A stretch of DNA of 64,000 bases. Origin: Symploca sp. SIO3C6. GTDB taxonomy: Bacteria > Cyanobacteriota > Cyanobacteriia > Cyanobacteriales > Coleofasciculaceae. The notes under the pieces were generated by a model. The model ran no database searches. It saw nothing but the letters and a program-made list of their open reading frames with translations, and was not told the DNA's origin. This document shows, piece after piece, positions 1 through 10,956 of the stretch (positions are counted from its first letter, which is position 1; each line of letters begins with the position of its first letter). The position numbers and the translations under genes are program-made. The stretch is from assembly GCA_010692425.1 (NCBI GenBank), contig JAAHHJ010000006.1:194250-258249 (forward strand), read 5' to 3'.

Positions 1-2286
1 GGATTTAGCTAAGGCAAGTTCTTGTTTTAGTGTTTCTAGTTGTTTTTGAGAAGCCTTGAGTTCATTCTGTAAACTGTTAATACGTTCCGGTAATTCTTCT
101 GGTTTTGCCTTAAAGCGATCGCTTAATTCCTTAACAACTTTATCCCTAACATTCAAGTAATCTAGTACTGCTGGTCCTGCTACTGCTTCTAGACGACGAA
201 TACCAGAAGCAATACCTGTTTCTGAGATAATCTTAAATACTCCAATTTCAGCCGTATTACTGACATGAGTACCGCCGCATAGTTCCATGGAAACGCCGGG
301 GAAATCAATTACCCGCACCTCTCTACCATACTTTTCTCCAAACATAGCAATTGCACCCTTGGCTTTAGCTTCAGCAATGGGCATCACTGCAACATCAGCT
401 GTATGTGCTTCACTAATCCAGCTATTAACTTGCTCTTCAATTGCTTCTAACTCTTGAGTATTCAAAGCACGAGGACAGTTAAAATCAAAGCGCAATCGGT
501 CAAAGGATACTAAAGAACCCGCCTGAGAAATAGAAGGATCAACTATCTTTTTTAGTGCTGCTTGCAATAAATGAGTTGCCGTATGATTAGCTTGGGTACG
601 GCGGCGACAAGCACGGTCAATTTGGGCTGAAATCGGCATCCCAATTTGTAAAGTATCCCGTTCAATTTGACCAAAATGGACAAAAAAATCCGATTCTTTC
701 TTGACATCTTCGATACGTACTAAAACAGTATCACCAGATAAATAACCGCGATCGCCAATTTGTCCCCCGGATTCGGCATAGAATGGGGTTTGGTCTAGAA
801 TTACCTGCACTTGGGTACCAGTTGAGGCTGATTCAACTGACTTGCCATCTACTAACAACGCTTCCACCTTCGCTGCTGACTGGGGTTGGGTATAGCCCAA
901 GAATTCTGTGCCGTGGATATGTTCGGCTAGCTGATCCAAGCTACCCTGTACTGTGAGGTCAATAGTTTCGTGGGCTTCTCTGGCTCTTTCCCGTTGTGCT
1001 GTCATTTCAGCTTCAAAGCCAGCAATATCAACACTGAGCTCTTGCTCTTGGGCAATTTCCTGAGTCAACTCTAAGGGAAAACCATAAGTATCATAGAGAG
1101 TAAAGGCATCTTTGCCAGATATTTGCTTGGGTTTGGAGGCGAGAATTTCTGTCAACAGCTTCTCTCCACGTTCCAGGGTTTTTAAAAATTGTGATTCTTC
1201 TCGCTCTAGATCAGCTTTAATAACTTCTTCTTGTTCACGAACATTAGGATAAACCGATTCAGAAAGAGCGATCGCTTTTTGGGCAACGTGAGGTGTAAAA
1301 ACGCCGTTTGCTACCTCTCCAGCATAAATACCAATTAAACGCCCATGACGCACAACTCGACGAATTAAGCGTCGTAGCACATATCCCCTACCAATATTTG
1401 AGGCTCTAATCCCATCAGCGATCATGTGAATTACCGAACGAACATGATCACCAATTACCTTAAGAGAGGTTTTGGTCTTCTCATTGCTTTTAGCATAATC
1501 GATTCCAGCAATAGTAGCCGCAGCCTCAATAATCGGAAAAATTAAGTCTGTTTCGTAATTATTAGGTACCTTTTGGAGGATTTGCGCCATCCTCTCTAAT
1601 CCCATACCAGTATCAATATTTTTATTTTGCAGCGGCGTCAGGTTGCCTTGAGCATCCCGGTTATACTGCATGAAAACTAGGTTATAGAACTCGATGAAGC
1701 GGGTATCATCTTCTAAGTCTATATTTTTGTCACCTCGTTCTGGGTGAAAATCGTAGTAAATTTCTGAACAGGGGCCACAAGGACCAGTAGGGCCAGATGC
1801 CCAGAAGTTATCTTCTGCTCCCATACGCTGAATACGATGGGGTTCGATACCAATTTGATCGCGCCAAATCGCAAAGGCTTCGTCATCTTCGGTAAACACA
1901 CTAACAATCAAGCATTCTGGGGGCAAAGCGAAGACTTGAGTTGAGAGTTCCCAAGCCCAAGCAATTGCTTGCTCTTTGAAGTAATCCCCAAAACTGAAGT
2001 TGCCGAGCATTTCAAAAAAAGTGTGATGCCGCGCTGTGCGTCCGACGTTCTCGATATCATTAGTACGGATACACTTTTGGGAAGTAGTGGCGCGAGGCAC
2101 TTCTGGCTGGCGTTGTCCTAGGAAAATGGGTTTAAAGGGCAGCATCCCCGCGATCGTCAGCAGCACGGTGGGGTCTTCCGGTACTAAAGATGCTGAAGGT
2201 AGCACTTTGTGTTGCCGTTGGGCGTAGAAATTGAGGAATTTTTGCCGGATTTCGCTACCGCTAAGGAACTGGGGAGAGTCAGACAT
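1..2286 (-). CDS. alaS: Alanine--tRNA ligase, N-terminal ~760 aa; the C-terminus runs off the window start
   Basis: Minus-strand frame is open from the window edge to the ATG at 2286-2284. The translation carries class II AlaRS hallmarks ([21 protein letters not shown]..., FTNAGM-like motif, editing-domain HxxxH region). No stop codon lies inside the window. Confidence 0.9.
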   Translation of the reverse strand, partial: MSDSPQFLSGSEIRQKFLNFYAQRQHKVLPSASLVPEDPTVLLTIAGMLPFKPIFLGQRQPEVPRATTSQKCIRTNDIENVGRTARHHTFFEMLGNFSFGDYFKEQAIAWAWELSTQVFALPPECLIVSVFTEDDEAFAIWRDQIGIEPHRIQRMGAEDNFWASGPTGPCGPCSEIYYDFHPERGDKNIDLEDDTRFIEFYNLVFMQYNRDAQGNLTPLQNKNIDTGMGLERMAQILQKVPNNYETDLIFPIIEAAATIAGIDYAKSNEKTKTSLKVIGDHVRSVIHMIADGIRASNIGRGYVLRRLIRRVVRHGRLIGIYAGEVANGVFTPHVAQKAIALSESVYPNVREQEEVIKADLEREESQFLKTLERGEKLLTEILASKPKQISGKDAFTLYDTYGFPLELTQEIAQEQELSVDIAGFEAEMTAQRERAREAHETIDLTVQGSLDQLAEHIHGTEFLGYTQPQSAAKVEALLVDGKSVESASTGTQVQVILDQTPFYAESGGQIGDRGYLSGDTVLVRIEDVKKESDFFVHFGQIERDTLQIGMPISAQIDRACRRRTQANHTATHLLQAALKKIVDPSISQAGSLVSFDRLRFDFNCPRALNTQELEAIEEQVNSWISEAHTADVAVMPIAEAKAKGAIAMFGEKYGREVRVIDFPGVSMELCGGTHVSNTAEIGVFKIISETGIASGIRRLEAVAGPAVLDYLNVRDKVVKELSDRFKAKPEELPERINSLQNELKASQKQLETLKQELALAKS

Positions 2287-2876
2287 GATCGTTTTTCAAG
2301 AGCCTCTGGCGTCTAGTGTTTGGGGAATTTAACTACCCCACCTCTTGTCCATTTTTACATTTATAGCTGTTTTCAACTCAATCAGGTACACTCGGAGCCT
2401 CGGAGCCTCAAAGCGAGAAATGGTGTACCTCACCAAGATGCAATTGGCTATATGTTGAGGCGATGTTACTGTAGCGTTCAGAAATCGCGAACCTTAAAGA
2501 TTACGCTTTTTAAAGTAATGTTTACTAATCGTAAACACTAATCAAAGTTAGTAAAGCTCACTAGCTAGAGGATAATTACCGTGCTACTTTAAATTTATAG
2601 ACATCAACCAGGCGAACAACCCTGGTAAATAATTAAAACTTGTGGGTTACTAGACTTGATGATGTCTCCCAACTGTAACCCGACCGCAGCTCTTAACTAA
2701 ATCAAGAGAAATCTACTAACAAACTTAAGACAGACCGGTGCGAGACCGGAGGAGGTTAAGTCAAACTCTAGAATTGTACGACTGTGTAGAAATAAAGCTG
2801 CGGTGCTTGTGTGGGTAAACCTTAGTAATTAGCAATTCTTAACTCTGAAACCTAACTATTTTGAAGACATAGCTTG

Positions 2877-2917
2877 AGTGGGTTTGGTCTCAATGGACTA
2901 GACCCACTAATTTTTTT
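2877..2917 (+). terminator. Intrinsic-terminator-like hairpin plus T7 run with no upstream plus-strand CDS
   Basis: AGTGGG(ttt)GGTCT-caatggact-AGACCCACT is followed by AATTTTTTT. It lies in the 900-bp gap between alaS and the HTH array, both on the minus strand. Confidence 0.4.
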
Positions 2918-3185
2918 AGGCGTTGCTGAATTAAGCTATTAATCATATTCTCTAATACTTAAAATGAACTCCAAAGCTGTTAGCCTCGCTATATAAAAAT
3001 GGTGCAGACAATTCAGGCAGAAAAAATAACTTTACTATCGTTATAAAAGACAATTTCGCTATGATTATTGGTTAATTTTTCTCTTATTATTACTTGTTTT
3101 TCGTTTAATTTTACTAATGCTGATGCAGGCGCTTCTCCCTTGAGGTAATCGCCTTAATTCTTACAACGGTTCTTCATCTTCATCC

Positions 3186-3425
3186 TTAATTTAGTTCACC
3201 GAGATACACTTCAACAAACTTCTGTGCAGCTGCTGGTTCAATTTCCTTGAGTGCTTTAACAATCTCTCTAACCGTCTCTGCTGTTGGATCTCTAATTTCA
3301 TGAACCCAGCGATAAACACTGCCACGTTCAATCCCCAGAAGCACTGCTAATTTGTTCTGGCTGATGCCGTAAGTTTCCAATACCTGCTTGAGATCTTCAC
3401 CTGCTTTTCCCATGCCTTTGATCAT
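3186..3425 (-). CDS. Small HTH (XRE/Cro-like) DNA-binding protein, paralog 1 of 3
   Basis: 79 aa. HTH-like core ISQNKLAVLLGIERGSVYRW and a conserved C-terminus EIEPAAAQKFVEVYLGEL. It is about 70-80% identical to the two neighbouring ORFs. Confidence 0.6.
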   Translation of the reverse strand: MIKGMGKAGEDLKQVLETYGISQNKLAVLLGIERGSVYRWVHEIRDPTAETVREIVKALKEIEPAAAQKFVEVYLGELN

Positions 3426-3458
3426 TTCAATAGATTGGCGTCAAAATCGCTCCAGTTT

Positions 3459-3722
3459 TTACAAAGGCTCCTCATCTTCATCCTTAATTAGCTCACCGAG
3501 ATACACTTCAACAAACTTCTGTGCCGCAGCCGGCTCAATTTCCTTGAGAACTTTGACAATATCTGCGATTGTCTCGCCAGTGGGATCTGTTTGTTCATGG
3601 AACCAGCGAAAAACGATAGAACGATCAACGCCTAAAGCCACTGCCACCTTATTCTGACTAATACCGTAGCTTTTCAACACTTGCTTGAGTGCTTTGCCTG
3701 CTCTTCCCATGCCTCTGTTCAT
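3459..3722 (-). CDS. Small HTH (XRE/Cro-like) DNA-binding protein, paralog 2 of 3
   Basis: 87 aa. Same architecture (ISQNKVAVALGVDRSIVFRW ... EIEPAAAQKFVEVYLGELIKDEDEE). It is separated from paralog 1 by only 33 bp. Confidence 0.6.
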   Translation of the reverse strand: MNRGMGRAGKALKQVLKSYGISQNKVAVALGVDRSIVFRWFHEQTDPTGETIADIVKVLKEIEPAAAQKFVEVYLGELIKDEDEEPL

Positions 3723-3858
3723 GAAGCGTGTCCCTCGGACAATCGTGTCAGAGGATTATGAGCAAGTAAATGTTGATTTATAGTCCCACATCTTATACTA
3801 TTGGCTATGTTAGCAAATACATCAACACTATCTTGAATCAAAAATCAGGTGAATTCCA

Positions 3859-3960
3859 ATGTTAGAAGAATTGATCCCAAATACCATCGAAACCACTGCT
3901 GTTAGGGTTCCCCGCCAATCCTCCCCTGAACTAACCTCAAGCCGAGAATCAGTCAAAGTC
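3859..3960 (+). pseudogene. Truncated copy of the 84-aa partner ORF, N-terminal 30 codons conserved
   Basis: MLEELIPNTIETTAVRVPRQSSPELTSSRESVKVL aligns with the N-terminus of ORF 4353..4607, with several synonymous differences. The frame then runs into the 3' end of HTH paralog 3 and stops. Confidence 0.3.
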
Positions 3961-4200
3961 CTCATCTTCATCTCTAATTAGCTCACCGAGATACACTTCA
4001 ATAAACTTCTGTGCCGCAGCCGGCTCAATTTCCTTGAGAGCTTTGACAATATCTGCAACTGTCTCAGCTGCAGGATCTGCCCTTTCGTGAAACCAACGAT
4101 TGACGATGGTGCGCTCAATACCTAACGCTACCGCCAATTTGTTCTGGCTGATCCCATAAAAGTTCAGCGCCTGTTTGAGTGCTTTACCTGCTCTTCCCAT
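3949..4200 (-). CDS. Small HTH (XRE/Cro-like) DNA-binding protein, paralog 3 of 3
   Basis: 83 aa with the same conserved HTH and C-terminal motifs. The roughly 480-bp DNA unit is tandemly duplicated, including the flanking non-coding sequence. Confidence 0.6.
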   Translation of the reverse strand: MGRAGKALKQALNFYGISQNKLAVALGIERTIVNRWFHERADPAAETVADIVKALKEIEPAAAQKFIEVYLGELIRDEDEDFD

Positions 4201-4352
4201 GCCTCTGTTTGCGAAGCTTGTCCTGCGGACAATCGTGTCAGAGGAATATGAAGTAGTAAATGTAAACTTTTTCGTTCACATTATGTATGATGAGGATAAA
4301 TGTAAACTTATTTGTTCACATCTTTGCTTAATCAAAAATCAAGTGAATTCCA

Positions 4353-4607
4353 ATGTTAGAAGAATTGATCCCAGATACCACCGAAACTCCTGCTGCTAGC
4401 GTTTCCCGCCAATCCTCCCCAGAAACAACCTCAAGTAGAGAATCCGTCAAAATACTGGTCATGGGTTCTCTCAAAGGAGTTAACAACATGATTCAAACCC
4501 TCTATCGTCTAGGTTTTGCCCAACCCTACGAATGGAGCCCTCCTCAACCGACAGCCAATTCTGGCGAAGTTGTGAGCATGCTTATTCGCCAACTCTTAAT
4601 CAGCTAG
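4353..4607 (+). CDS. Hypothetical 84-aa protein, partner ORF of the HTH array
   Basis: MLEELIPDTTETPAASVSRQSSPETTSSRESVKILVMGSLKGVNNMIQTLYRLGFAQPYEWSPP... Its upstream 150 bp is duplicated with the HTH unit. Synonymous changes against the truncated copy suggest the frame is under coding selection. Confidence 0.45.
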   Translation: MLEELIPDTTETPAASVSRQSSPETTSSRESVKILVMGSLKGVNNMIQTLYRLGFAQPYEWSPPQPTANSGEVVSMLIRQLLIS

Positions 4608-5162
4608 AAAACCACCGCAATTTGTAGGGGCACGAAATTTTCCTGCCCCCATAACCCAGAACATCTATAAAATATCTATAGCCATTTCTCCCACAATCCC
4701 AAACAGCAATGCTAGCAATACGCCATCGCATCAACCCAAAAACCTTCGTCATCACCCTCCGCCAAATCGCCAAGCACCTGAAAATAAGTCCAGAGCGCAT
4801 TCTCAACTGGGAAAAATGGCATAATGTCCTTTGGGTTCATATCCAAGGCATAGGCGGTTATTTCGTCAGCTACCGCAAGCTCCAACAGTGGCTCACCGCT
4901 TGCTACACTCTCATGCATGGCTGCCGTAGTATAAACGCCCTTGATACCCTCTAGAACTCTATCCTGCAAGAAACCCAACGCTATACCGAAGAAGCACTCA
5001 CCCAACTCCAAGCCCTCTGGCAGCAAAAACAAGCCTATCTTTTGGTAATGAACAAAACACCAAAAGCAAATTAATTAAACCGACTCACTTCTATTTGCAA
5101 TGAACAATGTTTGCGCAGCATGCGCGTAGCGCGTACCATCAACAATGAACAAAACCTCTTAA

Positions 5163-6866
5163 CTAAACCAACTCACCCCTCTCAAAACTATAAATTTTTT
5201 GAGTAGTCAAACGATCGCAAATAGAAGAAGGTTTCTTAGTAAGCTCGAACTTCTGCCGATCCAGTTGAACTTGCAAACCACTCATTGGATCAACACCACA
5301 ACAAACTAGAAATTCCAAACGTTGGATTTGAGACCATTGACTCACAGCATCTAAAATTTGCTTGATAGCTTGCACATTGCTATCACTACGATCGTTGTAC
5401 CAATGTGGCTCTGCTAGCTGTGCTTGGTCACAACCTAAGTTGACAATCAAAGAAGGTTTTTCAAACAAAGCGATCGCTACAGGTCTGGCCTCCTCTTGCA
5501 ATAATAATTTGTTACTATCTGCCAGATAGCGTAACTTCTGCAATCTTTCGTAGCGTTCTGTCACCGACAGGGGTTCATCCAGCCACTGTATGGCGATCGT
5601 TAAGATGTAAGCTTGCAATAACATGTGACCCAGTTTCTGAGCCTTGGTTGCCAGATAGGTGGAATTGTAATCATTAGTTTCAATTAGTAGCGGCACCCGT
5701 TCTACCACCTCTAAACCATAACCTTTCAAACCTGCGATTTTGCGTGGATTATTAGTAATCAAGCGAATTTTTTTAACGCCTATATCGTTGAGGATTTGTG
5801 CTCCCATCCCATAGTCTCGTAGATCAGCGGGGAATCCCAAGCGTTCATTAGCCTCCACCGTATCGAGTCCTAAATCCTGGAGTGAATAAGCCTTCAATTT
5901 ATTGAGCAAACCAATTCCTCGCCCTTCTTGCCGCAAATAAACCACCACTCCCTGCCCAGCTTCCTCAATCATTTTCAGCGCGGTTTCCAGCTGCATCTGA
6001 CAGTCGCAGCGCAGAGAACCAAGAGCGTCTCCAGTTAAGCATTCCGAGTGTACTCGCACCATGACTGGTTGGTCTTGGAAATAAGCTGGATCCCCTTTGA
6101 CCATGGCAACGTGTTCTGTATTATCTAAAGTGTTGCGGTAAGCATAAATCTGAAAATTACCAAACTTGCTAGGTAATTTGGCAGATGTTTCCCGGTAGAC
6201 AAAGCGGTCGTGCCTGAGGCGGTAGCTGATTAAATCAGCAATACTGATGATTTTGAGCTGGTGCTTCTTAGCATAGGTCATCAACTGTGGCAAGCGTGCC
6301 ATTGAACCATCAGGATTTTGGATTTCGCAGATCACACCTGCCGGATATAAATCTGCTAGTCTGGGGAGGTCAACTGCTGACTCGGTATGACCAGCCCGTT
6401 TCAAAACCCCTCCTTCTCTGGCACGGAGAGGAAAAATGTGACCAGGGCGGCGCAAATCATCAGGTTGAGTTGCTGGGTTAATCGCAAGCTGGATAGTTCG
6501 AGCTCGGTCTTCAGCAGAGATACCAGTAGTGACACCATGGTGGGGGGCTGCATCAATGCTGACAGTGAAAGCAGTTTGATTGGTATCAGTATTTCTGGTA
6601 ACCATTAGTGGTAGATCAAGCTCATCGAGGCGATTACCAACCATAGCCAGACAAATTAGCCCCCGTGCCTCTACAGCCATAAAGTTAATCAGGTCAGGGG
6701 TTGCAAATTGAGCAGCACAAACTAAGTCCCCTTCGTTTTCTCGGCTTTCGTCATCAACTACTACCAAGGCACGACCAGCTTTCAAGTCTGCTAGGGCAGC
6801 ATCAATTGAGTCAAATTCCAACCAATCAGTTGTAGGTGATTCCACTTCCAGAGCGCCCGTGATCAA
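5163..6866 (-). CDS. ribBA: Bifunctional 3,4-dihydroxy-2-butanone-4-phosphate synthase / GTP cyclohydrolase II with a ~170-aa C-terminal extension
   Basis: N-terminal DHBP synthase motifs (VVVDDESRENEGDLV) and GTP cyclohydrolase II motifs (RVHSECLTGD...CDCQ zinc site, RQEGRGIGL). 567 aa. Confidence 0.9.
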   Translation of the reverse strand: MITGALEVESPTTDWLEFDSIDAALADLKAGRALVVVDDESRENEGDLVCAAQFATPDLINFMAVEARGLICLAMVGNRLDELDLPLMVTRNTDTNQTAFTVSIDAAPHHGVTTGISAEDRARTIQLAINPATQPDDLRRPGHIFPLRAREGGVLKRAGHTESAVDLPRLADLYPAGVICEIQNPDGSMARLPQLMTYAKKHQLKIISIADLISYRLRHDRFVYRETSAKLPSKFGNFQIYAYRNTLDNTEHVAMVKGDPAYFQDQPVMVRVHSECLTGDALGSLRCDCQMQLETALKMIEEAGQGVVVYLRQEGRGIGLLNKLKAYSLQDLGLDTVEANERLGFPADLRDYGMGAQILNDIGVKKIRLITNNPRKIAGLKGYGLEVVERVPLLIETNDYNSTYLATKAQKLGHMLLQAYILTIAIQWLDEPLSVTERYERLQKLRYLADSNKLLLQEEARPVAIALFEKPSLIVNLGCDQAQLAEPHWYNDRSDSNVQAIKQILDAVSQWSQIQRLEFLVCCGVDPMSGLQVQLDRQKFELTKKPSSICDRLTTQKIYSFERGELV

Positions 6867-7081
6867 AAAGTAAAGATGTCTAAAGTTTTTTCACAACTTC
6901 ATTGTAACCTTTGACCTCTCCTGGCGTTAAAACTACGAGGATTCAATTTGATTTTTAAGGTTATTGTGAAATACCTCCTTTTTTTACGACCAAAGCGCAG
7001 GTTTGATACTAAAATGCAGCAAACGTCAAACCGTTTTTAATTTCAACTCTCTAATTTCAGCTCTCTTAGGAAAGAAGTATC

Positions 7082-8140
7082 ATGGGTGATTTAGAACGCC
7101 TGCCTGTAGGAATAATCGGCGCTTCAGGCTATGGTGGCGTGCAACTTGTAAGGCTCTTGATGGATCACCCAGGAGTCGAGATCGTTTATTTGGGAGGCAA
7201 TAGCAGCGCGGGCAAATCATTTGCAGAGCTTTACCCTCATTTAGGTCATCGCGTCAATCTGACCATTGAACCAATTGACTTAGATCAAATCGCTAAGCGC
7301 ACTCAAGTAGTGTTTCTCTCTCTGCCCAATGGTTTAGCCCATCAGATGGCACCGATACTATTGTCTAAGGGATGTAAAGTTATTGATCTCTCAGCTGACT
7401 ATCGCTTTGGCAATCTAGAGACTTATAAAAGTTGGTATGGAGGGGAACGCCATGACCAGGAAACTTCCGCCCTAGCTGTTTATGGCTTACCAGAGCTTTA
7501 TCGCGATCGCATTGCTGAAGCCCAACTGATCGGCTGTCCTGGTTGCTATGTCACTACTAGTCTGCTAGCACTGGCACCGTTGCTCAAGCAAGGTTTAATT
7601 ATTCCAGAAACTGCGATCATTGACGCCAAATCAGGGACATCTGGTGGAGGCAGGGAGGCAAAAACCCACCTCTTACTGGCGGAAGCTGATAATTCGCTAT
7701 CACCCTATGGCGTTGCTCGTCACCGACATACCCCAGAAATTGAGCAAACTTGTAGCGACTTAGCAGGTCACGAGGTGACAGTGCAATTTACTCCCCATCT
7801 TATTCCCATGGTGCGGGGTCTGTTGGCAACCGTCTATGCCACCTTGCGCGATCCAGGGTTAGTAAGAGAAGATTTAGTAACCATTTATACAGCATTTTAC
7901 CGCTCATCTCCTTTTATCAGAGTATTGCCTGCGGGTATTTATCCCCAAACTAAGTGGGCTTGCGGTACTAATCTTTGCTATATTGGCGTCGAAGTTGATC
8001 CCCGCACCGCGCGGGTCATTGTGATGTCGGTCACTGACAATTTAATTAAAGGTCAAGCTGGTCAAGCTGTGCAGTGTCTAAATCTGCTCATGGGTTGGGA
8101 TGAAACTTTTGGTTTGCCTCAACTGAGTTTTTATCCCTAA
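7082..8140 (+). CDS. argC: N-acetyl-gamma-glutamyl-phosphate reductase
   Basis: 352 aa. GASGYGG NAD-binding N-terminus and the active-site region LIGCPGCY typical of ArgC. Confidence 0.9.
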   Translation: MGDLERLPVGIIGASGYGGVQLVRLLMDHPGVEIVYLGGNSSAGKSFAELYPHLGHRVNLTIEPIDLDQIAKRTQVVFLSLPNGLAHQMAPILLSKGCKVIDLSADYRFGNLETYKSWYGGERHDQETSALAVYGLPELYRDRIAEAQLIGCPGCYVTTSLLALAPLLKQGLIIPETAIIDAKSGTSGGGREAKTHLLLAEADNSLSPYGVARHRHTPEIEQTCSDLAGHEVTVQFTPHLIPMVRGLLATVYATLRDPGLVREDLVTIYTAFYRSSPFIRVLPAGIYPQTKWACGTNLCYIGVEVDPRTARVIVMSVTDNLIKGQAGQAVQCLNLLMGWDETFGLPQLSFYP

Positions 8141-8655
8141 TTTTCGATAGCAATTGTTCATGGCTCATGGCTCATTGTTCATTGTTGATTGTCCTATCGC
8201 TTTCAACAACTTCTACCTACTCCACCCTTGGTAGGGGATTGTGCCAGAGCTGAGGGTGGAGTCTCACGCGAATACGATGAACAATGACGATGCTTAGCGA
8301 GGGTAAATTCATTTTCTACCCCGCGACCTAAGAATCCCCCGGCTTTTAGCCGTGGGGAGTGTCAATTAATATAGTATTTTGACATCCTACCGGCGCTGAC
8401 TCTAAGGGTACAGCGCGAGCTTCCAACCTTACGATTGGACATTCCTAGTTCTTCCTTGAGGTGCGCTTGATCTACCGGAGGAAACCTATAAGGAGAGCCT
8501 TCCACCTGCCTCCAAATTCCCTCCTCCTGCCTCCTTTGCTATTTTTAAAGGGTTTGAAGCCCATAAAAATAGTCTTGGGGGAGTTCATATATCCAGACGC
8601 TGACATTTCATCTACAGCACACCGATTTATAGCTCCCCCTTTCCCCCCTCACAAG

Positions 8656-9957
<1,302 letters not shown>

Positions 9958-10213
9958 TTATAATCAGTACCAATTGCAATTGGTTTCGCTTAGAACAACC
10001 ACTGCTGGGTGTTTTGGGCTTATTTTTCCCCAAAACAGCCTGAGAATAAACTATTTACGCCTTTAGGATAAGTCCTGAGATGATCTTTAAAGATCATCTT
10101 TAAGGATGTCTATCGATCTCGAACACATTCTTAACTTGGCTGCAACCGAGATTAGCCCAGCTCTATAGAATGAAGGATGAGGAAGAACACACTAGGGAGT
10201 TAAAAATCAGCTC

Positions 10214-10642
10214 ATGCGAATGCTACATACAATGTTACGAGTCGGTAATCTTGAAGAATCTCTCAAGTTTTACTGCGAAGTCTTGGGGATGAAGTTGTTG
10301 CGCCAGAAGGACTATCCAGATGGGAAATTTACCTTAGCTTTTGTGGGTTACGGTCATGAGTCTGAACACAGTGTTATTGAGCTAACCTATAATTGGGACA
10401 CTGAAAACTATGACCTAGGAAATGCCTTTGGTCACATTGCCCTGGGCGTAGATAACATATATGAAACTTGTGCGCAAATTAGACTACGTGGTGGCAAGAT
10501 CGTACGGGAACCAGGACCAATGAAGCATGGTTCAACGGTAATTGCTTTCGTTGAAGACCCGAATGGATACAAGATTGAGCTGATTGAGTTAACAACTAAA
10601 GGTTCTGCTCACAATCAAGAAGCAGTGGCAGCAGGTAAATAA
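10214..10642 (+). CDS. gloA: Lactoylglutathione lyase (glyoxalase I)
   Basis: 142 aa. [20 protein letters not shown]... and the two-VOC-domain pattern typical of GloA. Confidence 0.8.
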   Translation: MRMLHTMLRVGNLEESLKFYCEVLGMKLLRQKDYPDGKFTLAFVGYGHESEHSVIELTYNWDTENYDLGNAFGHIALGVDNIYETCAQIRLRGGKIVREPGPMKHGSTVIAFVEDPNGYKIELIELTTKGSAHNQEAVAAGK

Positions 10643-10956
10643 TAATTTACTGCTTACTTCCATAATCGCTCCTTACTCCCTACCCCTTTCAGGGAGTAGG
10701 TTAGTGCTTTGCTGCTAGTTCTATTACTACAAATTGGAATTTAGTTACAAGCTATTGTCACAGAAAAATAGGCATTTTCTTGTTGAGTTTTGTAAGGTAA
10801 TAAAGAAGCAAACTAACAAGTTAAGGTGTTTAATCATAAGTTTAAGTATAAGCCAAGATAAGTTTAGATAAACAGTTCTAATATGATTAAAATTGCAGTA
10901 AGCCTATTTTGCCCTAATCTCCTGCTACCATCACCTCAAATAGCAAGTTCTGTGCT

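Noticed and set aside
2036-2541. Short plus-strand ORFs at and near the alaS 5' end
   Set aside because: ORF 2036..2227 lies inside alaS on the opposite strand, and ORF 2320..2541 is in the non-coding upstream region. Neither has protein-like features.
2290-3185. Possible T-box or other leader for alaS
   Set aside because: No specifier/T-box motif (AGGGUGGNACCGCG) is present, and T-box control is not expected in cyanobacteria.
6900-7080. Possible FMN riboswitch upstream of ribBA
   Set aside because: No FMN-riboswitch conserved core (for example GGATGGGGCGAAA... or the equivalent) is recognisable. Cyanobacteria generally lack it.
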